A stretch of 43,914 bases of DNA, from positions 186,001 through 229,914 of the forward strand of contig NW_027590405.1 in the NCBI RefSeq assembly GCF_964213995.1, read 5' to 3'. The translations under genes were made by a program, and so were the position numbers. Of this stretch, positions 32,240 through 43,914 are shown piece after piece. The DNA is from Mustelus asterias. Taxonomy: Eukaryota. Within the stretch, counting starts at the first letter, position 1; the number at the start of each line of letters is the position of its first letter. The notes beneath the pieces were generated by a model. The model saw only the letters and a list, made by a program, of their open reading frames with translations. It had not been told where the DNA came from and ran no database searches.

Positions 32240-32395
32240 GTCTTTATTCAGCCCCGGACTCTGATAGGCTGGGCTTGACAATGACACGGGCCTTTGCATC
32301 ATACCCAAGGGCAACCAATCAGCAGCTGCCAGGATGCAGATAGTCACGTCTCAGATGCTGATTGGCTGGGGAGACTTCGGAATGATGCGTGACGA
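32240..32395 (-). promoter_or_regulatory. Putative promoter of the Ig-like gene
   Basis: TATA-like AATAAA (32248-32243), octamer variant ATGCAAAG (32299-32292), E-boxes CAGCTG (32323-32328) and CAGATG (32352-32357), two CCAAT boxes, CRE half-site TGACG (32390-32394). Confidence 0.6.
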
Positions 32396-32604
32396 TGTCG
32401 GGGGGTGGGGGGGGGGGGGGGCGGGATGTGGGGGAGGGGGTAAGGGTCATGTTGAGATGCAGAGAGAGAGAGAGAGTCATAAAGGTTTCCAGCATGGAAA
32501 CAGATTCTTCGGCCCAACTTGTCCATGCCGTCCAGTTTTTACCATGAAGCTAGTCCCAATTGCCCGTGTTTGGTCCATATCCCTCTATCCCTGTCCTACC
32601 CATA

Positions 32605-33935
32605 AAATCATCGAAACCCTACAGTGCAGAAGGAGGCCATTCGGCCCATCGAGTCTGCACCAACCACAATCCCATCGATGCCCTATTCCCATCACCCCAC
32701 ATATTTACCGCACTAATCCCTCTAACCGACGCATCATGGGACACTAAGGGACAATTTAACACGGCCAATCCACCTAACCTACACATCTTTGGACACTAAG
32801 GGACAATTTAGCATGGCCAATCCACCTAACCTGCACATCTTTGGACACTAAGGGGCAATTTAGCATGGCCAATCCACCTAACCAACACATCTTTGGACAC
32901 TAAGGGGCAATTTAGCATGGCCAATCCACCTAACCTACACATCTTTGGACACTAAGGGACAATTTAGCATGGCCAATCCACCTAACCTGCACATCTTTGG
33001 ACACTAAGGGGCAATTTAGCATGGCCAATCCACCTAACCTACACATCTTTGGACACTAAGGGGCAATTTAGCATGGCCAATCCACCTAACCTACACATCT
33101 TTGGACACTAAGGGGCAATTTAGCACGGCCAATCCACCTAACCTACACATCTTTGGACACTAAGGGAGAATTTAGCATGGCCAATCCACCTAACCTGCAC
33201 ATCTTTGGACACTAAGGGGCAATTTAGCATGGCCAATCCACTTAACGTACACAGTTTTGGACACTAAGGGGCAATTTAGCATGGCCAATCCACTTAACGT
33301 ACACAGTTTTGGACACTAAGGGACAATTTAGCATGGCCAATCCACCTAATCTATCCATCTTTGGACACTAAGGGGCAATTTACCATGGCCAATCCACCTA
33401 ACCTACACATCTTTGGACACTAAGGGACAATTTAGCATGGCCAATCCACCTAATCTATCCATCTTTGGACACTAAGGGGCAATTTACCATGGCCAATCCA
33501 CCTAACCTACACATCTTTGGACACTAAGGGACAATTTAGCATGGCCAATCCACCTAATCTATCCATCTTTGGACACTAAGGGGCAATTTAGCATGGCCAA
33601 TCCACCTAACCTATAGATCTTTGGACACTAAGGGACAATTTAGCATGGCCAATCCACCTAATCTATCCATCTTTGGACACTAAGGGGCAATTTAGCATGG
33701 CCAATCCACCTAATCTATCCATCTTTGGACACTAAGGGGCAATTTAACATGGCCTATCAACCCAACCCGCACATCTTTTGGACTGTGGGAGGAAACTGCA
33801 GCACCCGGAGGAAACCCACGCAGACACGGGGAGAACGTGCAGACTCCGCACAGACAGTGACCCAAGCCGGGAATCGAACTCGGGTCCCTGGAGCTGTGAG
33901 ACGGCAGTGCTAACCCACTGTGCCACCGTGCCGCC
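32605..33935 (-). mobile_element. V-SINE with an about 1-kb internal 52-bp tandem expansion (about 19 units)
   Basis: Head at about 33935, V-domain, array 32740-33770, SINE tail to about 32605. Confidence 0.88.
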
Positions 33936-33939
33936 CATG

Positions 33940-34762
33940 TAAGTGTCTAACTGCTTTTTAAAACGACAAAATTGTACCCGCCTCTTCTACTACCTCTGGC
34001 AGCTCGTTCCAGACACTCACCACCCTCTGTGTGAGAGAATTGCCCCTCTGGACACTTTTGTATCTCTCCCCTCTCACCTTAAACCTATGCCCTCTAGTTT
34101 TAGACTCCCCTACCTTGGAAACCTGGTTAACACACTTTTGAAAGCCTCTCACTTACCAGACGTCCCTCTGCCTTCCCACAGACTCCCCCAATTAACTTTT
34201 GAAAGCTCCTGCCTGATACCATCAAAATTGGCCTTGCCCCAATTTAGAATTTTAACTTTTGGGCCAGACCTATCATTCTCCATAGCTATCTTAAAACTAA
34301 TAGAATTATGGTCACTGGTCCCAAAGTGATCCCTCACTAACACTTCTGTCACCTGCCCTTCCTTATTTCCCAAGAGGTGGTCAAGTTTTGCCCGCTCCCT
34401 AGTCGGGTTATCCACAGACTGAATGAGAAATTCCTCCTGAACACACTCAACAAATTTCTCTCCATCCAACCCTCTAACACCATGGCCGTCCCAGTCAATG
34501 TTGGGAAAGTTAAAATCTCCGACTACTACCACCCTATTTTTCTTGGAGCTATCTGTAATCTCCTTACATATTTGCTCCTCAATTTCCCGCTGAATATTTG
34601 GGGGCCTATAGTACAACTCGATCAAAGTGATTTCCCCCTTCTTATTTCTCAGTTCTATCCATATAGACTCAGTGGCCAAACTCTTGGATATATCTCCTCT
34701 CAGTACTGCCGTGATGCTTTCCCTAATCAAAAGTGCAACTCCCCCTCCTCTCCTACCTCCTG
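33940..34762 (-). mobile_element. CR1 fragments (endonuclease region joined to a 3' ORF2 piece)
   Basis: GGGVALLI, YYRPP, VGDFNFPNIDW and SDHN motifs in ORF 34149-34847; RGHRFKVRG peptide in 33958-34152. Confidence 0.85.
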
Positions 34763-35059
34763 GGGATTGGGTCACTGTCTGTGTGGAGTCTGCACGTTCT
34801 CCCCATGTCTGCGTGGGTTTCCTCCGGGTGCTCCGGTTTCCTCCCACAGTCTGTCGGAGGAAAGATGTGTTGGTTAGATGTATTGACCCGAACAGGCACC
34901 GGATTGTGGCGACTAGGGGAATTTCACAGTAACTTCATTGCAGTGTTAAGGTAAGCCTTACTTGTGACTAATAGTTAAACTTTGCTTTAATTAAATATTA
35001 TTTTATTGGAGTGTATCCATTCATGGGATCTGAGTGTTGCTAGCAAGTCCAGCAAACAT

Positions 35060-35690
35060 TTGACCTGTCATGCTGTAGCGACCAGAGCAAGTCAGAGGCT
35101 GGGAATCCTGCGGAGAGTAACTCACCTCCTGACTCTCCCCAAAGCCTGTCCACCATCTACAAGGACACAAGTCAGGAGTGTGATGGAATATCCTCCACTT
35201 GCCTGGATGACTGCGGCTCCCAACAACAATCTCCACTTGCCTGGATGAGTGCGGATCCCAACAACAATCTCCACTTGCCTGGATGAGTGCGACTCTCCAA
35301 CAACAATCTCCACTTGCCTGGATGACTGCGGCTCCCAACAACAATCTCCACTTGCCTGGATGACTGCGGCTCCCAACAACAATCTCCACTTGCCTGGATG
35401 AGTGCGCCTCTCCAACAACAATCTCCACTTGCCTGGATGAGTGCGACTCTCCAACAACAATCTCCACTTGCCTGGATGAGTGCGCCTCTCCAACAACAAT
35501 CTCCACTTGCCTGGATGAGTGCGACTCTCCAACAACAATCTCCACTTGCCTGGATGAGTGCGGCTCCCAACAACACTCGAGAAGCTCGACACCATCCGGG
35601 ACAAACTAGCTCGATCGACACGCTAACCACCAACATTCACTCCCTCCACCACCCACGCACAGCGGCAGCCGTGTGTACCGTCTACAAGAT
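35060..35690 (+). repeat. Second LINE RT remnant with the 38-39-bp tandem expansion
   Basis: RASQRLGILRRVTHLLT..QVRSVMEYPPLAWM followed by about 10 repeat units. Confidence 0.8.
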
Positions 35691-36290
35691 GGTAAAAATT
35701 GGCACGTCACATTGCAGCTTTATAGAACCTTAGTTAGGCAGCACTTGGAATATAGTGTTCAATTCTGGTTGCCACACTACCAGAAGGATGTAGAGGCTTT
35801 GGAGAGGGTACAGAAAAGGTTTACCAGGATGTTGCCTGGTATGGAGGGCATTAGCTATGAGGAGAGGTTGGAGAAACTTGGTTTGTTCTCACTGGAACGA
35901 CGGAGGTTGAGGGGCGACCTGATAGAAGTCTACAAGATTATGAGAGGCATGGACAGAGTGGATAGTCAGAAGCTTTTTCCCCAGGGTGGAAGAGTCAATT
36001 ACTAGGGGGCACAGGTTTAAGGTGCGAGGGGCAAGGTTTAAAGGAGATGTACGAGGCAAGTTTTTTTACACAGAGGGTGGTGGGTGCCTGGAACTCGTTG
36101 CCGGGGGAGGTAGTGGAAGCGGATACGGTAGTGAGTTTTAAGGGGCGTCTGGACAAATACATGAATAGGATGGGAATGGAGGGATATGGTCCCCAGAAGG
36201 GGAGGGGGTTTTAGTTCAGTCGGGCAGCACGGTCGGTGCAGGCTTGGAGGGGCCGAAGGGCCTGTTCCTGTGATGGAATTTTCTTTGTAA
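35691..36290 (+). mobile_element. CR1 LINE 3' fragment
   Basis: LQLYRTLVRQHLEYSVQFW...KLFP; very similar to 22685-23160 and 29670-30260. Confidence 0.9.
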
Positions 36291-36729
36291 TGGACAGTCA
36301 GGTTTTATAATAAATTAATAATTCTATTGCTTGGGGAAGAAAGGTGCCTGTTTCTGAGATTTATAGATAACGCACAGATCCAGCTGTGTAGGCAGCTGGA
36401 GAAATCATTTCAATTAATGTTGTGAGCCACGGGGTTAATGGAACCAGAGACAGACTATGCACAGTCTCAGAGGGTGGTGAATCTCTGGAATTCTCTGCCC
36501 ACTGAAGCAGTGGAGGCTACCTCGTTAAATATGTTTAAATCACGGATAGATGGATTCCTGATCGGTGATGGAATTAGGGGTTATGGGGATCAGGCGGGTA
36601 AGTGGAACTGATCCACTTCAGATCAGCCATGATCTTATTGAATGGCGGGGCAGGCTCGAGGGGCTAGATGGCCGACTCCTGCTCCTATTTCTTATGTTCT
36701 TATGTTCCTCTCTCGCCTGTACTAACAAG

Positions 36730-37352
36730 ATGTCCAGATCACCAACAACCTGTCCTGGTCCCCCCCATGCCGACACTATAGTTAAGAAAGCCCCACCAAC
36801 GCCTCTACTTTCTCAGAAGACTAAGGAAATTTGGCATGTCAGCTACAACTCTCTCCAACTTTTACAGATGCTCCATAGAAAGCATTCTTTCTGGTTGTAT
36901 CACAGCTTGGTATGGGGCTCCTGCTCTGCCCAAGACCGCAAGGAACTACAAAAGGGTCGTGAATGTAGCCCAATCCATCACGCAAACCAGCCTCCCATCC
37001 ATTGACTCTGTCTACACTTCCCGCTGCCTCGGGGAAAAGCAGCCGGCATAATCAAGGACCCCCCCATGCACCCCGGACATTCTCTCTTCCACCTTCTTCC
37101 TTCAGGAAAAAGATACAAAAGTCTGAGGTCACGTACCGACCGACTCAAGAACAGCTTCTTCCCTGCTGCTGCTGTCAGACTTTTGAATGGACCTACCTCG
37201 CATTAAGTTGATCTTTCTCTACACCCTAGCTATGACTGTAACACTACATTCTACACCCTCTCCTTTCCTTCTCTATGAACGGTATGCTTTGTCTGTATAG
37301 CTCGCAAAGAAACAATACTTTTCACTGTATGTTAATACATGTGACAATAATA
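36730..37352 (+). mobile_element. Rex1/Babar-like LINE 3' fragment
   Basis: MSATTLSNFYRCSIESILSGCITAWYG peptide and the same tail as other copies. Confidence 0.75.
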
Positions 37353-37669
37353 GGACCATAAGACCATAAGACATCGGAGCAGAATGAGGCCACTCGGCCC
37401 ATCGAGTCTGCTCCGTCATTCAATCATGGCTGATATTTCTCTCATCCCCATTCTCCTGCCTTTTCCCCATAACCCCTGATCCCCTTATTAATCAAGAACC
37501 TATCTATCTCTGTCTTAAGGACACTCAATGACCCGGCCTCCACAGCCTTCTGCGGCAAAGAGTTCCACAGATTCACCACTCTCTGGCTGAAGAAATTCCT
37601 CCTCATCTCTGTTTTAAAGTTAGGGAGGTAGTTCCAGGATTGTGGCCCCAGCGACAGTGAAGGAACAGC

Positions 37670-37990
37670 CGGCGCGGTGGCACAGTGGGTTAGCACTGCT
37701 GCCTCAGAGCTCCAGGGAGCCGGGTTCGATTCCCGGCGCGGGTCACTGTCTGTGTGGAGTCTGCACATTCTCCCCGTTTCTGTGTGGGTTTCCTCCGGGT
37801 GCTCCGGTTTCCTCCCACAGTCCAAAGATGTGTAGGTTAGGTGGATTGGCCGTGCTAAATTGCCCCTTAGTGTCAGGAGGATTAGCAGGGTAAATATGTG
37901 GGGTTATGGGAATAGGGCCTGGGTGGGATTGTGGTCAGTACAGGCTCGATGAACTGAATGGCCTCCTTCTGCACTGTAGGGATTCTATGA
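37670..37990 (+). mobile_element. Complete unexpanded V-SINE
   Basis: tRNA head, V-domain, a single 52-bp unit and tail ending GGATTCTATGA. Confidence 0.88.
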
Positions 37991-38560
37991 TTTCCAAGTC
38001 GGGGATGGTGAGTGACTCGGAGGGGGAACCTCCAGGTGGTGGTGTTCCCCAGGTATCTGCTGCCCCCCACCCCTTGTCCTTCTAGATGGTAGAGGTGGCA
38101 GGTTTGGAAGGTGCTGTCGAAGGAGCCTCGGCGAGTCGCTGCGGTGCATCTTGTAGACGGTACACACGGCTGTCGCTGTGCGTGGGTGGTGGAGGGACTG
38201 AATGTTGGTGGTTAGCGTGTCGATCGAGCGGGGGGTGGAGGGGCTGCTTTGTCCTGGATGGTGTTGAGCTTCTCGAATGTTGTTGGGACCGCACTCATCC
38301 AGGCAAGTGGAGATTGTTGTTGGAGAGGCGCACTCATCCAGGCAAGTGGAGATTGTTGTTGGAGAGGCGCACTCATCCGGGCAAGTGGAGATTGTTGTTG
38401 GAGCTGCGCACTCATCCAGGCAAGTGGAGATTGTTGTTGGAGAGGCGCACTCATCCAGGCAAGTGGGGATTGTTGTTGGAAAGGCGCACTCATCCAGGCA
38501 AGTGGAGATTGTTGTTGGGAGCCGCACTCATCCAGGCAAGTGGAGATTGTTGTTGGGAGC
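37991..38560 (-). repeat. Third LINE remnant with the 39-bp tandem expansion (minus strand)
   Basis: Reverse complement of the 11640-12120 unit and flank, extended further 3'. Confidence 0.8.
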
Positions 38561-38869
38561 CTAGTCAATCTCTAGTTAATCTCTCCTCATACATCAGTCC
38601 CGCCATCCCCGGGATCAGCCTGGGAAATCTTCGCTGCAACTCCCTCGAGAACAAGAACATCCTTCCTCAGAAAAGGAGACCAAAACTGCACACAATACTC
38701 CAGGTGTGGCCTCACCAAGGCCCTGTATAATTACAGCAAATCATTATTTTCTCTCTCTCTCAACACAATCAAACATTTAACACCTCAGAGAGGATGAAGA
38801 GATAGATCCTTAATTTAAACACTGGAGGCAAAAGCATAATGCCTCCCTGAGAAGACTTAGACTGGCTTA

Positions 38870-40455
38870 GAATCCCTACAGTACAGAAGGAGGCCATTCA
38901 GCCCATCGAGTCTGTACCGACCACAATCCCACCCAGGCCCTATTCCATAATCCTGCACATTTACCCTACGAATCCCCCTGACACCAAGGGGCAATTTAGC
39001 ATGGCCAATCCACCTAACCTGCACATCTTTGGACACTAAGGGACAATTTAGCATGGCCAATCCACCTAATCTACACATCTTTGTACACTAAGGGGCAACT
39101 TAGCATGGCCAATCCACCTAACCTGTACATCTTAGGGTCAACGGCAGGATTCTGAGGAATGTGGAGGAACAGAGAGAACTTGGGTTTCATATCCACAGAT
39201 CTCTGAAGGTTGCCAATCAAGTGGATACAGCTGTGAAAAAGGCCTAAAGTGTGTTAGCTTTTATTAACAGGGGGTTGGAGCTTAAGAGCCGTGGGGTTAT
39301 GCTGCAACTGTACAGGACCTTGGTGAGACCACATTTGGAATATTGTGTGCAGTTCTGGTCACCTCACTATAAGAAGGATGTGGAAGCGCTGGAAAGAGTG
39401 CTGAGGAGATTTACCAGGATGCTGCCTGGTTTGGAGGGTAGGTCTTATGAGGAAAGGTTGAGGGAGCTAGGGCTGTTCTCTCTGGAGCAGAGGAGGTTGA
39501 GGGGAGACTTAATAGAGGTTTATAAAATGATGAAGGGGATAGATAGAGTGAACGTTCAAAGACTATTTCCTCGGGTGGATGTAGCTGTTACTCAGGGGCA
39601 TAACTATAAGGTTCATGGAGGGAGATATAGGAAGGATATCAGAGGTAGGTTCTTTACGCAGAGAGTGGTTGGGGTGTGGAATGGACTGCCTGCTGTGATA
39701 GTGGAGTCAGACACTTTAGGAACATTTAAGCGGTTATTGGATAGGCACATGGAGCACACCAGGATGATAGGGAGTGGGATAGCTTGATCTTGGTTTCGGA
39801 CAAAGCTTGGCACAACATCGAGGGCCGAAGGGCCTGTTCTGTGCTGTACTGTTCTATGTTCTATCTTTTGACGCTAAGGGGCAATTTAGCATGGCCAGTC
39901 CACCTAACCTATACATCTTTGGATACTAAGGGGCAATTTAGCATGGCCAATCCACCTAACCTACACATCTTTGGATACTAAGGGGCAATTTAGCATGGCC
40001 AATCCACCTAACCTACACATCTTTGGACACTAAGGGGCAATTTAGCATGGCCAATCCACCTAACCTACACATCTTTGGATACTAATGGGGCAATTTAGCA
40101 TGGCCAATCCACCTAACCTACACATCTTTGGACACTAAGGGGCAATTTAGCATGGCCAATCCACCTAACCTACACATCTTTGGACACTAAGGGGCAATTT
40201 AGCATGGCCAATCCACCTAACCTACACATCTTTGGACACTAAGGGGCAATTTAGCATGGCCAATCCACCTAACCTACACATCTTTGGACACTAAGGGGCA
40301 ATTTTAGCATGGCCAATCCACCTAACCTGCACATCTTTTGGACTGTGGGAGGAAACCGGAGCACCCTGAGAAACCCACGCAGACTCCACACAGACAGTGA
40401 CCCGCGCCGGGAATCGAACCCGGGTCCCTGGCGCTGTGAGGCTGCAGTGCTAACC
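38870..40455 (-). mobile_element. V-SINE with a 52-bp expansion, interrupted by a plus-strand CR1 3' fragment (about 39135-39865)
   Basis: Head at about 40452; arrays at 39870-40340 and 38980-39130; CR1 ORF 39251-39787 with (GTTCTAT)n tail. Confidence 0.85.
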
Positions 40456-40689
40456 CACTGTGCCACCGTGCGGCCCTCTCTCGTCCACTATCCTGTCCAT
40501 CCATTCCCGGATGATGGCCAGCGAACGGACTTGTTCGGACTTGCAGTTGGAGTTCCGAGGAAAGCGTGGAGTGCTGGGGGGTGGGGGGGGGGGGGGGGGG
40601 GTGGTGGGGAGAGGGGAGATTGACGTGCCATCGCGTTGGTTAGGTGGGCGAAGGAGATCGGTAGATGAGCAGTCAGAGGTCACTGCTTG

Positions 40690-40860
40690 TCAACAACAGT
40701 TGGGCCAACGTTTCTCACCTGCGACGGTTAGCCTGCTGGTTTCAGTTCCTCCTATGCGGGTATTTATAGGGGGACAGTGTGTGGTAAACAGGAAACATCT
40801 GGGTGTTGTGCGTATCTGCAATAAACACAACGGCAACATGCCACACTGCGCCAACTGGTG
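40690..40860. promoter_or_regulatory. Candidate lymphoid (B-cell) enhancer
   Basis: In non-repetitive DNA: CACCTG 40716-40721, EICE GAGGAACTGAAACC (minus, 40751-40738), MEF2-like CTATAAATAC (minus, 40769-40760), RUNX TGTGGT 40780-40785, FOX GTAAACA 40784-40790, ETS CAGGAAA 40789-40795, CATCTG 40796-40801. Confidence 0.55.
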
Positions 40861-41037
40861 CGAGACTTGTTTACTAATGGGTGGTACGGCTGAGCGAATG
40901 GTGGCCTGTGCGTGGGCCGTTTCTATCAGAGCCCTACCCACAGAGTCTTAGAGTTTTACAGTGAGTACGGGATGGAATATGGACAGGGTGTTGTGGACAA
41001 GTTGAGTTTGCAGGGACCAGAAGGTATGGTCTTATGG

Positions 41038-42423
41038 ACGGCACGGTGGCACAGTGGGTTAGCACTGCTGCCTCACAGCGCCAGGGACCCAGGTTCAATT
41101 CCCAGGTTGGGTCACTGTCTGTGCGGAGTCTGCACGTTCTCCCCGTGTCTGCGTGGGTTTCCTCCGGGTGCTCCGGTTTTTCGCACATTCCAAATATCTA
41201 CGGGTTAGGTGGATTGGCCGTGCTAAACTACGCCTTAGTGTCCAAAGATGTGCAGGTTAGGGGAATTGGCCATGCTAAATTGTCCCTTAGTGTCCAAAGA
41301 TGTGCAGGTTAGGTGGATTGGCCATGCTAAATTGCCCCTTTGTGTCCAAAGATGTGCAGGTTAGGGGAATTGGCCATGCTAAATTGTCCCTTAGTGTCCA
41401 AAGATGTGCAGGTTAGGGGGATTGGCCATGCTAAATTGTCCCTTAGTGTCCAAAGATGTGCAGGTTAGGGGAATTGGCCATGCTAAATTGTCCCTTAGTG
41501 TCCAAAGATGTGCAGGTTAGGGGGATTGGCCATGCTAAATTGTCCCTTAGTGCCCAAAGATGTGTAGGTTAGGTGGATTGGCCGTGCTAAATTGCCCCTT
41601 AGTGTCCAAAGATGTGTAGGTTCGGTGGATTGGCCATGCTAAATTGCCCCTTAGTGTCCAAAGATGTGTAGGTTAGGGGGATTGGCCGTGCTAAATTGTC
41701 CCTTAGTGTCCAAAGATGTGTAGGTTAGGTGGATTGGCCATGCTAAATTGTCCCTTAGTGTCCAAAGATGTGTAGGTTAGGTGGATTGGCCGTGCTAAAT
41801 TGTCCCTTAGTGTCCAAAGATGTGTAGGTTAGGTGGATTGGCCGTGCTAAATTGTCCCTTAGTGTCCAAAGATGTGTAGGTTAGGTGGATTGGCCATGCT
41901 AAATTGTCCCTTAGTGTCCAAAGATGTGCAGGTTAGGTGGATTGGCCATGCTAAATTCTCCCTTAGTGTCCCGGGATGCATGGAATAGACGGATTAGCAG
42001 GGCAAATATGTTGGATTACGGGGATAGGCCCTGGGTGGGATTGTGGTCGGTGCAGACTCGATGGGCCGAATGGCCTCTTCCTGCACTGTAGGAATTCTAT
42101 GATTTTTAGGATATGATCTTACGGGCGGCACGGAGGCACGGTGGGTTAGCACTGCTGCCTCACAACACCAAGGACTTGGGTTCGATTCCCGGTTTCGGTC
42201 ACTGTCCATGTGGAGTTTGCACGTTCTCCCCGTGTCTGCGTGGGTTTCCTTCGGTTTCCTCCCACAGTCCAAAGATGTGCAGGTTAGGTTGATTGGCCAT
42301 GTTAAATTGATCCTTAGTGTCAGAGGGATTAGTAGGGTTACAGGAATTGGGCCTGGTGGGATTGTGATTGGCACAGACTTGATGGGCTGAACGGCCTCCT
42401 TCTGTACCGTAGGGATTCTATGA
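41038..42423 (+). mobile_element. Two V-SINEs, the first with a 52-bp tandem expansion (about 41205-41970)
   Basis: Heads at about 41038 and 42124; V-domains; tails ending ATTCTATGA. Confidence 0.88.
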
Positions 42424-42754
42424 TACAGGAGCAGAATGAGGCCACTCGGCCCATCGAGTCTGCTCCGCCATTCAATCATGGCTGATATTTTTCTCATCCC
42501 CATTCTCCTGTCTTTTCCCCATAACCCCTGATCCCCTTATTAATCAAGAACCTATCGATCTCTGTCTTAAAGACACTCAATGACTAAAGGAGAGTTCAGG
42601 AAGAATTGAGTTCGATGGTGTGAGTCAGCAATGGGTATAAGGACCTCACAACAGACAAGCTTGGGTCAGGGTGGGGTATAGAACATAGAACAGTACAGCA
42701 CAGAACAGGCCCTTCGGCCCTCCAAGCCTGTGCTGATCATGATGTCCTGCCGAA

Positions 42755-43340
42755 ATGTGCATGGATCCCTGAAAGTTGGCACCCAGGTTGATAGGGTTGT
42801 TAAGAAGGCGTACGGTGTGTTAGCTTTTATTGGTAGAGGGATTGAGTTTCGGAGCCAGGAGGTCATGCTGCAACTGTACAAAACTCTGGTGCGGCCGCAC
42901 TTGGGAGTATTGCATACAGTTCTGGTCGCCGCATTATAGGAAGGATGTGGAAGTGTTGGAAAGGGTGCAGAGGAGGTTTACCAGGATGTTGCCTGGTATG
43001 GTGGGAAAATCGTATAAGGAAAGGCTGAGGGGCTTGAGGTTGTTTTCGTTAGAGAAAAGAAGGTTAAGAAGTGACTTAATAGAGGCATACAAGATGATCA
43101 GAGGATTAGATAGAGTGGATAGTGAGAGCCTTTTTCCTCAGATGGTGATGGCTAACATGAGGGGACAGAGCTTTAAATTGAGGGGTGAGAGATATAGGAC
43201 AGATGTTAGAGGTAGGTTCTTTACTCAGAGAGTAGTAAGGGCGTGGAATGCCCTGCCTGCAGCAGTAGTGGACTCGCCAACATTAAGGGCATTTAAATGG
43301 TTATTGGATAAACATATGGATGATATTGGAATAGTGTAGA
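42755..43340 (+). mobile_element. CR1 LINE 3' fragment, similar to the intact element
   Basis: VVKKAYGVLAFIGRGIEFRS...YRTDVRGRFFTQRVVRAWNALPA with one frameshift. Confidence 0.9.
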
Positions 43341-43363
43341 TTAGGAGGGGCTTTAGATTGGTT

Positions 43364-43563
43364 NNNNNNNNNNNNNNNNNNNNNNNNNNNNNNNNNNNNN
43401 NNNNNNNNNNNNNNNNNNNNNNNNNNNNNNNNNNNNNNNNNNNNNNNNNNNNNNNNNNNNNNNNNNNNNNNNNNNNNNNNNNNNNNNNNNNNNNNNNNNN
43501 NNNNNNNNNNNNNNNNNNNNNNNNNNNNNNNNNNNNNNNNNNNNNNNNNNNNNNNNNNNNNNN
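43364..43563. other. Assembly gap (200 N)
   Basis: Run of N; contiguity beyond this point is not assured. Confidence 0.99.
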
Positions 43564-43914
43564 ACACACACTCACTCTCTCACACACACTCACTCACTCA
43601 CACACTCTCTCTCACACACTCTCTCTCTCACACTCTCTCTCTCACACACACTCTCTCTCACACACTCTCTCACACACACACTCTCACTCACACTCTCTCA
43701 CACACTCTCTCTCACACACACACTCTCTCTCACACACACTCTCTCACACACACACTCTCTCACACACACACTCTCACTCACACACTCTCTCTCACACACT
43801 CTCTCTCACACACACACTCTCACACACACTCTCACTCACTCTCTCTCACACACTCTCTCACACACACACTCTCACTCACACTCTCTCTCACACTCTCTCT
43901 CACACACACTCTCA
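43564..43914. repeat. Compound (CA)n/(CT)n microsatellite
   Basis: Directly visible. Confidence 0.97.

Noticed and set aside
40450-40951. Possible coding exon in the unique island
   Set aside because: No recognisable domain or convincing splice pair; the motif content fits a regulatory element better.

Overview
Repeat-rich vertebrate genomic DNA, almost certainly from a cartilaginous fish (shark-type V-SINEs, CR1/HER1-like LINEs, Rex1/Babar and Penelope remnants, many minisatellites). Two host genes lie on the minus strand. (1) The first three coding exons of importin-4 (IPO4; 13755-13690, 9689-9603, 5314-5235), continuing off the left edge. (2) Upstream of IPO4, a complete, intact three-exon immunoglobulin light-chain-like gene: leader 32178-32133, a single germline-fused V-J exon 31252-30899, a C1 exon 25064-24721 and a polyA signal at 24613-24608. 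It splices in phase to a 247-aa secreted L-VJ-C1 protein with no RSS, an atypical J-like strand and an extra CDR3 cysteine. This non-rearranging antigen-receptor-like gene is the main finding. It has an octamer-like promoter and, about 8.5 kb upstream, a compact candidate B-cell enhancer (perfect EICE plus E-box, MEF2, RUNX and FOX sites). Its J-C intron holds a 2.3-kb tandem array whose unit resembles a cryptic 12-RSS. Between the two genes are a CR1 LINE with both ORFs intact, a Penelope remnant with an intact minimal hammerhead ribozyme, and a 30-bp tandem array carrying CTCF-like motifs. Repeat boundaries are approximate (read by eye); exon boundaries were derived base by base. Family assignments come from recalled sequence motifs, not database searches.
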